Assembly (NCBI GenBank): GCA_965233865.1
Contig: OZ247587.1
Coordinates: 1,664,001 to 1,728,000, forward strand
DNA from: Candidatus Neptunichlamydia sp.
GTDB lineage: Bacteria > Chlamydiota > Chlamydiia > Chlamydiales > Simkaniaceae
Length of the DNA: 64,000 bases
Reading direction: 5' to 3'
Position numbers and translations under genes: made by a program
In this document: one piece after another, positions 28,399 through 41,853 of the stretch
Numbering within the stretch: position 1 is the first letter of the stretch
Layout of the letters: every line of letters starts with the position of its first letter
The notes under the pieces: generated by a model
Seen by the model: the letters and a program-made list of their open reading frames with translations, nothing else
What the model was told of the DNA's origin: nothing
Database searches by the model: none

Positions 28399-28995
28399 TT
28401 ATAGAGAGAAGCTAGTTTTTACAAGCTCAATAGCGCCAGTGGCAAACATCTGTACAGCAATGAGGGCGACAATCATTCCACCGAGGCGCTCAAATGCAAC
28501 AAGTCCTTTTTCACCAAGACCATATTTGAAAAATGAGGAAAGAAGAGCAATCACGCAGGAAACGACCATTGCAGCGCAAATAATTCCTGTCATGAGGAGA
28601 GAGTTTTCTACTCGTGATGAGTAGAGCATTACAGCAGTGATGGAGCCGGGACCTGCAATAACAGGGGTAGCAAGGGGAACAATCATGGGCTCATGTTGAG
28701 GCCCTTTCCTCTTATCTTCTGAAGGGAAAATCATCGTAATTGAAATAAGGAGGAGGAGGATTCCTCCAGCCATTCCAAGGATGTGTTCATTGATCCCAAG
28801 AACGTTAAAAATACCGCTTCCGAAATAATTAAAAAGGAGAAGAATCGCAAGGGCAAACCCAAATTCTCGAAGGAGGATAAAGCGCTGCTTTTGGATGGAA
28901 TATCGACCAAGTAGAGAAAGATATAGGGGTATATTTCCTAGGGCATTAATGACAAAAAATAATGCAACTGCCATTGAAACTGGACTTTGAGGCAT
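28399..28995 (-). CDS. MarC family membrane protein
   Basis: NALGNIP, AGGILLL, VPLATPVIAGPGSI and ERLGG motifs. Confidence 0.93.
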   Translation of the reverse strand: MPQSPVSMAVALFFVINALGNIPLYLSLLGRYSIQKQRFILLREFGFALAILLLFNYFGSGIFNVLGINEHILGMAGGILLLLISITMIFPSEDKRKGPQHEPMIVPLATPVIAGPGSITAVMLYSSRVENSLLMTGIICAAMVVSCVIALLSSFFKYGLGEKGLVAFERLGGMIVALIAVQMFATGAIELVKTSFSL

Positions 28996-29081
28996 AAAAA
29001 TTCTCCTTTAATCAGGCTAGTATAGACAATTCGTGAATTTTTTCGTAGGAATTTCCAAGGGAAGTTGGCATAATGCTCTGC

Positions 29082-30347
29082 ATGAAGAAATATAAAGTTG
29101 TCACTTTAGGGTGTAGAACTAACCAATATGAATCGCAGGCTTTTTTAGACCAACTTAAGAACCAGGGGTATCAAGAAGCTAGCAAAGGAGATAGGGCGGA
29201 TCTGTGTATTGTAAATACATGCACTGTGACTCAGTCTGCAGATAAGCGCTCACTTTATCAAATTCGGAAGCTTGCTCGCGATTATAATCCCTCGAGGCTT
29301 GTAGTGACAGGATGTTTAGCAGAGCGTTCAAGAAAAGAGCTTGAAGCTCTTCCTGAAGTGACGGATGTCATTCCCAATAGAAAAAAAGAAGAGCTTCTTC
29401 CAACAATCTTTCCTGAAATGGAATGGCCAGAGTTTTGTATCGAGCGTTTTGAAGCGCATACCCGCGCTTTCGTGAAAATTCAAGATGGATGTAATTCATA
29501 CTGTAGTTATTGCGTGATTCCGTTTGTGCGAGGGCGTTCTCGTTCTAAAAAGATGCTCGATATCCTACGAGAGATCGATTCGCTTGTTGAAAATGGATAC
29601 AAAGAAGTGGTCTTGACGGGAATTAATATTGGAGATTTTGGTCCGGAAAGGTTGAGTGACTTAGTGCGTCAAGTCGATAAAGTGGAAGGTTTGGAGCGGA
29701 TTCGTATTTCATCTATTGATCCTGATGAAATCGATGATGATCTTCTCGATGCCGTGATTAATGGAGAAAAAACGTGTCCTTCCATGCATATTGTCCTTCA
29801 ATCAGGATCAAATATGACCTTAAAACGGATGCGACGCAAGTACACTAAACAGGATTTTTTAGATGCAACTACAAAGCTTCAAAAAGCACATCCTCTGTTC
29901 ACCTTTACAACTGACATTATTGTTGGTTTTCCTGGTGAGACTGAGGAAGAGTTTGAGGAGACGTTGCAGCTGATGCGGGAGGTCCGCTTTGTAAAGGTTC
30001 ACATGTTCCCTTATAGCGACCGTCCTAAGACAAGGGCTTCACGAATGCCAAATAAGGTTTCTCGGGAAGTGATTGCAGAGAGAAAAACAAAGCTCTTAGA
30101 AGTGGCTAATCAAAATGCTTTTTCTCTTCGAGAGGATCTGCTGGGTCAAGAATTTTCAGTCCTACTGGAAACTGAGGAGCGTCCGGGTTATTTGATGGGG
30201 CATACGGAAAATTTTCTTCCTGTATTTGTTCCCAAAAAAGACCTTCGACCTAATACATTAATTAAAGTAAAAATCGCAGGTAACAACCCTGAAGGTTTCA
30301 TCGGTGAAAATAAAGCTGACAGAAAAATACAAACCCTTTTCGCATGA
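29082..30347 (+). CDS. mtaB: tRNA t6A methylthiotransferase MtaB
   Basis: TLGCRTNQYES, NTCTVT, radical SAM CNSYCSYC, DIIVGFPGE, HMFPYS and C-terminal TRAM-like segment. Confidence 0.93.
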   Translation: MKKYKVVTLGCRTNQYESQAFLDQLKNQGYQEASKGDRADLCIVNTCTVTQSADKRSLYQIRKLARDYNPSRLVVTGCLAERSRKELEALPEVTDVIPNRKKEELLPTIFPEMEWPEFCIERFEAHTRAFVKIQDGCNSYCSYCVIPFVRGRSRSKKMLDILREIDSLVENGYKEVVLTGINIGDFGPERLSDLVRQVDKVEGLERIRISSIDPDEIDDDLLDAVINGEKTCPSMHIVLQSGSNMTLKRMRRKYTKQDFLDATTKLQKAHPLFTFTTDIIVGFPGETEEEFEETLQLMREVRFVKVHMFPYSDRPKTRASRMPNKVSREVIAERKTKLLEVANQNAFSLREDLLGQEFSVLLETEERPGYLMGHTENFLPVFVPKKDLRPNTLIKVKIAGNNPEGFIGENKADRKIQTLFA

Positions 30348-31389
30348 AGCGGGAACCTCCCTACTTATTCCTAGAAGCTCTTGGAAAGCGACGATATTCC
30401 CAGCCAAGATTCAGTTAGAAAGTCTTTTGTCAATCGGTGGGAAGCAGAATCTTTTTGTGATTCCTCAAATAGAGGGGCCTCTGGTGCGTTTTACCGTGAT
30501 GCAAGATTTAGAAAGACACTGGATTCGTGTATTCGGAGAAGGACCGCAGGGATATTTTTCTTACCGCCTTGTAGCCTCTGCTCATGAAATTGTCCTCTTT
30601 TTCGAAAGAGGACCCGAAGAAGGGATTCCATTTACTTTTGAGGGGGAAACAAAAATTCTGAGGCGCAAAGAGGAGCTGATTATCCCTACAGCTCTTTCGG
30701 CATTTCCTAAAATGCGTGGAGAGAAAATGCATTTTGGATGTTCTAAGAAGCAAGATTGGGCTCTTGTCAGAAGGAGACAGAGCGTTGAAGAAATTCTTCC
30801 TATTTGGTTCGAGCTTGGGAAACATGTGCCGAGTCATCCGATTTTAGAAGCAGGTATGTCGCGCCTCCTTGCATCTTGCAAAAAGCAGATTGAAGCAAAG
30901 GAGAACGATAAAATTGGAAACTCATTTATCGAGCTTTTTAAAGCTGGCTTTGAAGGGATCCTTTCCCCGCGACTTACCGATGCAGACCACCTTGGGTATC
31001 AAGAAAAGGAGGATATGATTCCAAAAGAAGCATCTCCACTTGTTCTCCTTGGGGAAGGGGCTCGTTTGATCCGCAGTCTTCTCGTTCAAAAACGGGAAAA
31101 AGGGATTACAATCCTTCCCTGTCTTCCTAAAGAACTTCACGCAGGGCGCTTTATCCATATCCAACTAAATGATACCTTGATAGCTGACTTGGAATGGTCT
31201 AAAAAATTGATTCGGTGTCTAGTGCTCCATCCTAAAGAAGCTCAGGATGTCACCTTTACTTTCCAATCTTCTATCGATTCATTTCGACTGCGCTTAGGGA
31301 GAAGGGGGCGCGGAAAGACTCTCAAAGCCGGAGAGACAATCACTCTCAAAGCGGATACCCTTTATATTCTTGATCGTTTCCAAAAGTAG
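30304..31389 (+). CDS. Conserved chlamydial hypothetical protein with a GH95/GH65-like C-terminal beta domain
   Basis: C-terminal ITILPCLPKELHAGRF...ADLEWSKK resembles the LLPALP...G...VDLEW pattern; overlaps mtaB. Confidence 0.7.
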   Translation: MKIKLTEKYKPFSHEAGTSLLIPRSSWKATIFPAKIQLESLLSIGGKQNLFVIPQIEGPLVRFTVMQDLERHWIRVFGEGPQGYFSYRLVASAHEIVLFFERGPEEGIPFTFEGETKILRRKEELIIPTALSAFPKMRGEKMHFGCSKKQDWALVRRRQSVEEILPIWFELGKHVPSHPILEAGMSRLLASCKKQIEAKENDKIGNSFIELFKAGFEGILSPRLTDADHLGYQEKEDMIPKEASPLVLLGEGARLIRSLLVQKREKGITILPCLPKELHAGRFIHIQLNDTLIADLEWSKKLIRCLVLHPKEAQDVTFTFQSSIDSFRLRLGRRGRGKTLKAGETITLKADTLYILDRFQK

Positions 31390-31549
31390 AGGTAATAGAG
31401 GCGCCAAAAGCTCACTTTTTATAACTAAAATAATTCACTTTATCTATAGAAGTCTTTCGAATTTTTTAGTAAACTTAATCAGTGGATTGGTTGCCTACTT
31501 TAATTCAGGATAGATTCATGATTGCAGCCAAAAAAACCAAAACTCAGAT

Positions 31550-32482
31550 TTATTCATCTGAGCTGGGAGTAAGGATTTTTAAGGAAGAGGGAAGGACCCG
31601 AATATAGACGTCTCCATCAAAGTCGAGGGGCTCTCCATCGATATGAAGAGTTTTAAGTGGTTTTTTAAGGATCACTTCTTGGCAGCGGAAGGTTTCAGTA
31701 TACTTGGAATCTTCAAGGTGTTTAGTGAATAGATCATGGACAAGTTTAGGGGCTGCATGAGGGGGGAATTCTTTCCAGATAATTACATCTAGAAAGCCAT
31801 CGTCGATTTTTGCATTGGGGGCGATGAAAGCATTGTTTCCATACTGTTTGGTATTTGCAAAGCAAATGAGAAACGCTTTTTTATGGAGGGGCTTTCCGTC
31901 AATAATGAGATCATAGTATTGCGGTTTGTATTGGGGAAGTTCGGAGAGAACGGCAAGGAGGTAAGAGGCAGGGCCGCGGATATTAAAATTGGCAAACGTA
32001 GCACTCACATCAGCGTCAAAACCGATTCCAGCGACTCCCAAGTATGCTTCTTCATTAATCTGAACGGTATCGATCCATTGGTCATGCTGCTCGTTGATGA
32101 TTTGGATTGCTTTGGCAGTGTCGGTAGGAATATCCAAATGGCGGGCAAACCCATTTCCTGAGCCGGTAGGCACAATGGCTAACGTTGCATGCGATCCGAT
32201 CATTCCTTGAGCCACTTCATTAACCGATCCATCTCCTCCGACAGCGACAATAATTTCAGACCCTCGCCTAATCGCTCCGGCGCTAAGTTCTGTGGCATGT
32301 TTATGGTAGGCTGTGTAGAGAATTTCGTAGTCAAAGGCCATGCGATTGAGATTTTTTTTGACAATCCGCTCAATCTTCTTTTGTTTTCCTACTCCAGATA
32401 TGGGATTTACAATAAAAGTAACTTTAGTTTTCCCAAATAAAGATCCACAAAATACTAATAATAAAATTAATGCCTTATTCAT
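31550..32482 (-). CDS. Diacylglycerol/lipid kinase (YegS/BmrU family) with an N-terminal signal-like peptide
   Basis: IVNPISG, GGDGSVNE, PTGSGNGFA, GIGFDA, QYGNNA and HIDGE motifs; N-terminus MNKALILLLVFCGSLFG. Confidence 0.92.
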   Translation of the reverse strand: MNKALILLLVFCGSLFGKTKVTFIVNPISGVGKQKKIERIVKKNLNRMAFDYEILYTAYHKHATELSAGAIRRGSEIIVAVGGDGSVNEVAQGMIGSHATLAIVPTGSGNGFARHLDIPTDTAKAIQIINEQHDQWIDTVQINEEAYLGVAGIGFDADVSATFANFNIRGPASYLLAVLSELPQYKPQYYDLIIDGKPLHKKAFLICFANTKQYGNNAFIAPNAKIDDGFLDVIIWKEFPPHAAPKLVHDLFTKHLEDSKYTETFRCQEVILKKPLKTLHIDGEPLDFDGDVYIRVLPSSLKILTPSSDE

Positions 32483-32490
32483 ATTCAATA

Positions 32491-32542
32491 AGTATATTCT
32501 ATTAGAAAATAGTAGACAAGGAGGGAGTGTCATCAGTAAGAT
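32491..32542. promoter_or_regulatory. Back-to-back divergent promoters with overlapping -35 elements
   Basis: Minus strand: TTGTCT (32519-14)-17-TATACT (32496-91). Plus strand: TAGACA (32513-18)-18-TAAGAT (32537-42). Each -10 ends 8 nt before its ATG. Confidence 0.6.
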
Positions 32543-32550
32543 GACCGGGT

Positions 32551-36575
<4,025 letters not shown>

Positions 36576-36609
36576 CAGTTACTCTAAGCTCTAACCTTAA
36601 GGTGGTGTT

Positions 36610-37212
36610 ATGATCAAAGTTATTTTCGGTGGATTTATTGGTGCCATCATTGCTTTTGCGTGGTCCTTTGTTTCATGGGCCATTTTGCCTTGGCACGACT
36701 CTGCCATGAATAAGTTTTCTAACCAGGAATTTGTCTCGTGGGTAGTCAAGGAAAATGCGCCTAAAGGTGGAGTCTACATTGCCCCTTATTTCAAGTCGAC
36801 AGATGCTGATTTTTCTCCAGGGGAAATCTCTCAAAATCTTGATGAGCAGAAAGCCTCAATGAAGAAAGGACCTTTGGTTTACGCACAAGTTAAGCTGCAA
36901 GGAACCGATCCTACAAGCTTCAAAATCCACTTCTATTCTTTTTTAACCCAGTTTGCTGGAGCTATTCTCATTTGTTGGCTTCTAAAACAAGCTATTGATA
37001 TGAGTTATAAGGGACGTCTTCTCTTTGTAACGATTGTTGGACTCACCATTGGGGTACTGGGTTTTATTCCAGATTGGAACTGGTTTGGTGCTGGGTGGAA
37101 ATTCACTTTTTTCATGATTACAGATCTTGTGGTGACCTGGTTTCTTGTAGGGATCTTCATTGCGGCTTTCATCAAAGATGGCGAAGCTCCCGAAAGAGAA
37201 CTTATGATGTAG
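36610..37212 (+). CDS. Hypothetical membrane protein (4 TMs)
   Basis: 200-aa ORF with AAGGTGG SD-like sequence and hydrophobic segments. Confidence 0.8.
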   Translation: MIKVIFGGFIGAIIAFAWSFVSWAILPWHDSAMNKFSNQEFVSWVVKENAPKGGVYIAPYFKSTDADFSPGEISQNLDEQKASMKKGPLVYAQVKLQGTDPTSFKIHFYSFLTQFAGAILICWLLKQAIDMSYKGRLLFVTIVGLTIGVLGFIPDWNWFGAGWKFTFFMITDLVVTWFLVGIFIAAFIKDGEAPERELMM

Positions 37213-38569
37213 AAGCGGATTCTCCGATGAGGGTTTGATGATTGCAGCTGTGGAGCTTTACACTTTGCAGTGTACCGATCATGGAATCATCTCCTGGAAA
37301 AATTACCTTTTTCCAACAGCGGGTGCGTCCTTTGAGCTGACCATCACGGTTCTTTCTTTCGACAAGGACTTCTGCTTCATTTCCCAGAAAGCTACGGCGT
37401 TCTTCTGAAGAGATTTCTTCATGAAGAGCAATGAGACGCTGGAGGCGTTTTTCTTTGACATCCTCTGGGATATCATCCTTCCAACGCATTGCAGGGGTTC
37501 CCTTTCGAGGGCTATAAGTATAGAGGAAGGCAACAGAGTAGCGGACCTGGCGGAAAACCTCTAGAGTTTCTTCGAATTCTTCTTCGGTTTCCGTTGGAAA
37601 ACCCACAATAATGTCTGTGCCGAGCGAAACATTAGGGACAATTTCCTTTAGTAGAGAAACCTTTTCAAAGTATTGCTCTTTGGTGTAGATCCGATGCATC
37701 TTCTTTAGAATACGGCTGGATCCTGCTTGAATCGGAAAATGGACAAACTCGCAGAGGGAGGGGAGGTCTCGAATGGCTTCCATAAGCTCGCGTGTGATGT
37801 CGATGGGGTGGCTTGTCATGAAACGGATGCGCTCAATCCCACTTACTTTATCAAGGCGGTAGAGAAGGTCGTGGAAGAGTTCCTGCCAGTCGGGCTTGTC
37901 TTTTCCATAGCTGTTTACATTTTGTCCGAGGAGGGTGATTTCTTTATATCCTTGGTCAGCGAGGAGGCGGACTTCTTTTTCGATATCTTCAGAGGGGCGA
38001 GAGACTTCTTGACCTCGGGTGTAGGGGACAACGCAGTAGGTACAAAATTTGTCACATCCTCGAATAATGGAGACGTGAGCCTTATATTTGTCATCTCGAC
38101 TCGCAACCAGATAATCAAGATTTTCTTCGAATTGGTCGTCGGTTCGGATTTGTTGCCTCCCGGTCTCTAAGAGATTGCTTAGAACAGTGTCTAGATCGGT
38201 GATATTATTAGTTCCAATCACGAAGTCAACATTAGGAAGTTTTTTAAAAAGTGTGTCTTTTTTGGCCATTGCCATACAACCGGTAATTCCAATGAGTTGC
38301 TTCTTCTTTCCTCTACCGAGCTGCCCGATTTTCCCCATGACTTTTCGTTCTGCAAGGTCTCGGATTGAGCATGTGTTAAAGAGGAGAAGGTCTCCCTCCT
38401 TTTCGTTATAGACCCGTTTCAGCCCGCGCTTGAGGAGTTGTCCAATCATTATTTCAGAGTCTAGTTCGTTCATTTGGCACCCGTAGGTACGCATAAAAAA
38501 TGTTTTTGGCTTATCCATAAGTGCCGAGTTTAACCCAAATGCATTCAAATTTTCAAGGATAGAATTCAC
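37202..38569 (-). CDS. miaB: tRNA-2-methylthio-N6-dimethylallyladenosine synthase
   Basis: TYGCQMN, NTCSIR, CDKFCTYC, LLGQNVNSYG, FMTSHP and YSPRKGT motifs. Confidence 0.96.
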   Translation of the reverse strand: MNSILENLNAFGLNSALMDKPKTFFMRTYGCQMNELDSEIMIGQLLKRGLKRVYNEKEGDLLLFNTCSIRDLAERKVMGKIGQLGRGKKKQLIGITGCMAMAKKDTLFKKLPNVDFVIGTNNITDLDTVLSNLLETGRQQIRTDDQFEENLDYLVASRDDKYKAHVSIIRGCDKFCTYCVVPYTRGQEVSRPSEDIEKEVRLLADQGYKEITLLGQNVNSYGKDKPDWQELFHDLLYRLDKVSGIERIRFMTSHPIDITRELMEAIRDLPSLCEFVHFPIQAGSSRILKKMHRIYTKEQYFEKVSLLKEIVPNVSLGTDIIVGFPTETEEEFEETLEVFRQVRYSVAFLYTYSPRKGTPAMRWKDDIPEDVKEKRLQRLIALHEEISSEERRSFLGNEAEVLVERKNRDGQLKGRTRCWKKVIFPGDDSMIGTLQSVKLHSCNHQTLIGESASTS

Positions 38570-38673
38570 CCTCTCAGGGGTTCAAAGAAAAATTTAGTCA
38601 ACGAAAGGGTTGGCAAAAAAAAGGCAGAACCTGTATATTGTTGCCTCAAACGTTAATGAGAAAGGAACCAGAA

Positions 38674-39123
38674 ATGGCTAAACGAAAAGATTCGACCATT
38701 CTACTGACCAAAGAAGAAGCTCAAGCTGCAAAAGGATGGGTGACTCTCGATGCAAAGGGAAAGACTTTAGGTAGATTTGCTTCCGAAGTCGCCCAGATAT
38801 TGCGTGGGAAGCACAAAACAAACTTCACACCTCACGTTGACAGCGGGGATGGAGTGATCATTCTTAATGCTGAGCATGTGGTTGTCAGTGGAAATAAAGA
38901 AGCTCAAAAAGTATATCGACACTACACTGGGCATATCGGTGGTCTCAGAGAGATCCCTTATCGTGTAATGAAAGAAAGAAAACCGACCTATATCCTCCGG
39001 CATGCTGTTCAAGGGATGATGCCCAAGACAAAGCTGGGGAAAGCACAACTTAAAAGACTACGTATTTTTGCAGGGGAGACTCACAACCTAGCAGCGCAAA
39101 AACCCCTATTTGTAGAGGTATAA
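38674..39123 (+). CDS. rplM: 50S ribosomal protein L13
   Basis: [21 protein letters not shown] and GMMPK motifs. Confidence 0.98.
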   Translation: MAKRKDSTILLTKEEAQAAKGWVTLDAKGKTLGRFASEVAQILRGKHKTNFTPHVDSGDGVIILNAEHVVVSGNKEAQKVYRHYTGHIGGLREIPYRVMKERKPTYILRHAVQGMMPKTKLGKAQLKRLRIFAGETHNLAAQKPLFVEV

Positions 39124-39130
39124 GGAAACT

Positions 39131-39526
39131 ATGGCAACGAAGAAAGAATCAATCGGAGTTGGAAGACGAAAGCGAGCGATCGCTGCAGTAAGACTTCGCC
39201 GCGGAAAAGGAAATATTGACGTCAATGGACGGAAAATTGAAGAGTATTTTACAACTGAGCTTCAAAGAGAAACAATCCTTTCCCCTCTTGTTAAATTACA
39301 ACTCGAAAATAATTATGACATTATTATCCGCGCCAAAGGGGGCGGAATCCAAGGTCAAATGATCGCTGCAAGACTCGGAATTGCACGTGCTCTCGTTAAG
39401 GAAGACGAAGAGAGACGAGCTTCTCTCAAAGGTGAAGGGTTTCTCACTAGAGATCCTCGTAAGCGTGAGCGTAAGAAATATGGTCTTGCTGGTGCAAGAA
39501 AACGCTTTCAATTCTCTAAGCGTTAA
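39131..39526 (+). CDS. rpsI: 30S ribosomal protein S9
   Basis: [15 protein letters not shown] and [14 protein letters not shown]...QFSKR motifs. Confidence 0.99.
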   Translation: MATKKESIGVGRRKRAIAAVRLRRGKGNIDVNGRKIEEYFTTELQRETILSPLVKLQLENNYDIIIRAKGGGIQGQMIAARLGIARALVKEDEERRASLKGEGFLTRDPRKRERKKYGLAGARKRFQFSKR

Positions 39527-39553
39527 AATTTACCTCTCTTTTCTTTTTACACG

Positions 39554-39583
39554 AAGTCCTGGGGATCACCTCAGGACTTTTTT
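39554..39583 (+). terminator. Intrinsic terminator of rplM-rpsI
   Basis: Hairpin AAGTCCTGGGG-ATCA-CCTCAGGACTT followed by a T-run. Confidence 0.85.
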
Positions 39584-39640
39584 GTTGAGCAAATGGCCAC
39601 CGTAAATACGGGAATAGTCGCTAGAACGTCGTGAAATAGA

Positions 39641-41143
39641 TCAATACTTAGATTTTAGATAATCCATATAAGGTTGAGGGGAAAGAGGAGACCCTGTGGC
39701 ATTTTCAATAAGTTCAAGTGAGTGGAATTCGCGGCCATGACAGTGAATTTTTTCGTAGAGGAACTTTTGGATAAAAGAGAGATTTCCATCGGCTATTGAA
39801 GTTGCATAGTTTGGAAAAGTTTGTGTGAAGGTTTCGAAGACTTGTCCGGAGTAGAGATTCCCAAGGGCATAGGTAGGAAAATATCCAATTAAGCCAAAAG
39901 CCCAGTGGATATCTTGAAGGCATCCATCGGCATCGGTGTTTGGGACAATCCCGAGAGACTCTTCCATTTTCTTATTCCAGATACGTGGAAGATCAGCCAG
40001 ATCGATTGATCCTGTGATAAATTCCTTTTCAATTTCATAACGGATAATGATGTGGAGGATGTAAGTCACCTCATCAGCATAGACGCGAATCAGAGAGGGT
40101 TCCACATGGTTAATAGTATTAATAAAGTGATCAAGCGTGACCCCTTTAAGTTGTTTTGGAAAAGCTTTTTCGAGATGGGGGAAAGCAAACTCCCACAAGG
40201 GGCGCCCTTGTCCAATAAAACATTCCCACCAACGAGACTGGCTTTCATGAACACCTAAAGAACATGCGTCAGCAAGGGGGGTTCCTAGATCTTCATAAGG
40301 AAGGCCAAGCTCATAAAGGGCGTGTCCGCCTTCATGAAGAACAGCGAAGATACTATTAAAGAAAGAAGTTGTACTGGTGAAGGTTGTAAAGCGCACATCA
40401 TGAGGATTGAAACCCGTACAGAATGGATGGGCAGAAAAATCAAGCCGTGCTCTATTTAAATCTACTCCCATTTTTTCTAGAAGAAAATGGTTGAATTTTT
40501 GCTGTTCATTCAGAGGATAGCTGGCCGAAAGAAAAGCCATTTCTTCTCCTTTTTTGGAGAGTTTCCTCGTAAGATCGGTTAAAAAAGGCTTCAGCACTCC
40601 AAAAAGAGAGTCAAGTTTTTTTGAAGTCATCCCCGGTTCATAGAGATTTAAAAGAGCGTCGTAGGGGTGCTCATCATAACCAAGGTAATCTACTTTTTCT
40701 TTATGAAGAGCAACGATTTCTTTCAGATGAGGGAGGAATGCCTCGTAATTGTTATCTTTCTTGGCATGCTGCCAAGCATTTACACCCTGAGAGGTTGCTT
40801 TTGCAAGTTTTTTGACAAAGGCATTAGGAAGCTTGGCCTCTTGAAGAAAATCAGAACGAAATTCTCTTAAGGAGGCCTTTTTTCTTCCATCAAGAGCATC
40901 GGATCTCACTTCACCAGATTCAAGATCAATTAATTTTTCAAGAGCGTGTTTGTACTCGGTACTTGTCTTTTCTTTATGCATGAGGGAGGTAACAAGCTCA
41001 ATTTGGCTTGAACGAAAATCAATCCCATCCTTTGGCATAAAGGTTTCTTGATCCCACTCAAGGAGCATAGAAACCGAAGAAAGTAGGCGGAGATCCTTTC
41101 CTCGTTCCTTTAATTTTTCATAATCTTTTAGGACTCCGGACAT
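39641..41143 (-). CDS. Carboxypeptidase M32 (Taq family)
   Basis: HPF, HEGGH, HESQSR, IRVYADE, GCLQDIHW and GYFPTY motifs. Confidence 0.96.
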   Translation of the reverse strand: MSGVLKDYEKLKERGKDLRLLSSVSMLLEWDQETFMPKDGIDFRSSQIELVTSLMHKEKTSTEYKHALEKLIDLESGEVRSDALDGRKKASLREFRSDFLQEAKLPNAFVKKLAKATSQGVNAWQHAKKDNNYEAFLPHLKEIVALHKEKVDYLGYDEHPYDALLNLYEPGMTSKKLDSLFGVLKPFLTDLTRKLSKKGEEMAFLSASYPLNEQQKFNHFLLEKMGVDLNRARLDFSAHPFCTGFNPHDVRFTTFTSTTSFFNSIFAVLHEGGHALYELGLPYEDLGTPLADACSLGVHESQSRWWECFIGQGRPLWEFAFPHLEKAFPKQLKGVTLDHFINTINHVEPSLIRVYADEVTYILHIIIRYEIEKEFITGSIDLADLPRIWNKKMEESLGIVPNTDADGCLQDIHWAFGLIGYFPTYALGNLYSGQVFETFTQTFPNYATSIADGNLSFIQKFLYEKIHCHGREFHSLELIENATGSPLSPQPYMDYLKSKY

Positions 41144-41853
41144 GACTTTTTTCTCCTTATAAGTAGTTTTTCAATTCCGTTGATGCACCAGTTAGCAAAA
41201 GGAGTTCCAAAAGCAAGACTGGAGGCCAAGATGGCTATCGAAGCGCTTCCGATTAAGTTGTCTGTGAGCCAGTGTGCTCCTGCAATTAGACGGGGCAAAC
41301 AAAAAAAGATCGCATAAAGGATAGCAATAAATCCGGCCCGTTTTCCCATTAGGTAGAAGATCAGGCAAGTAAACAGAGTGGCCGTCGTTGCATGATCTCC
41401 AGGAAAGCTTTTTCGAGAATGGTCCTTAACCTTGATCCAATCCACAACACTAGAGAGTCGAAAAGCGCTTTTATCGACTATCGTAGGACTCTTCCGTGGA
41501 ACGTGGATGAACTCTGGGAAAAGGATTCCATTGACCATACAAATCACGAGTGCAATAAACAAGGCCGAAAAGATCATTTCAGCAACCTTTTTCTTCTTAA
41601 AAGAAGCTGCTGCGCAAAAGATATTAATAAAGAAAAAAAGGAACATCAAAAGATCATGGATCCAATCCATAATGCGATGTCCTGTAAATGCCCAAAAGCT
41701 TTGCCAAAAAACACTATGGTGAACCCAAGAATTAAGAAAAGTAAATGTCTTGAGATCAATAGCATCCCACCAAATCCGTGTCAGAGGATTGAACCAGCTC
41801 AAATATACAAGAAGGATCAGAGAAGGGGGGATTATTAATTTTTTGTAATTCAT
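41128..41853 (-). CDS. PAP2-family phosphatase/phosphotransferase, LpxT(YeiU)-like
   Basis: RKSP, KDHSRKSFPGDH and PRLIAGAHWLTD motifs; translationally coupled to the lptG-like gene. Confidence 0.8.
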   Translation of the reverse strand: MNYKKLIIPPSLILLVYLSWFNPLTRIWWDAIDLKTFTFLNSWVHHSVFWQSFWAFTGHRIMDWIHDLLMFLFFFINIFCAAASFKKKKVAEMIFSALFIALVICMVNGILFPEFIHVPRKSPTIVDKSAFRLSSVVDWIKVKDHSRKSFPGDHATTATLFTCLIFYLMGKRAGFIAILYAIFFCLPRLIAGAHWLTDNLIGSASIAILASSLAFGTPFANWCINGIEKLLIRRKKSCPES

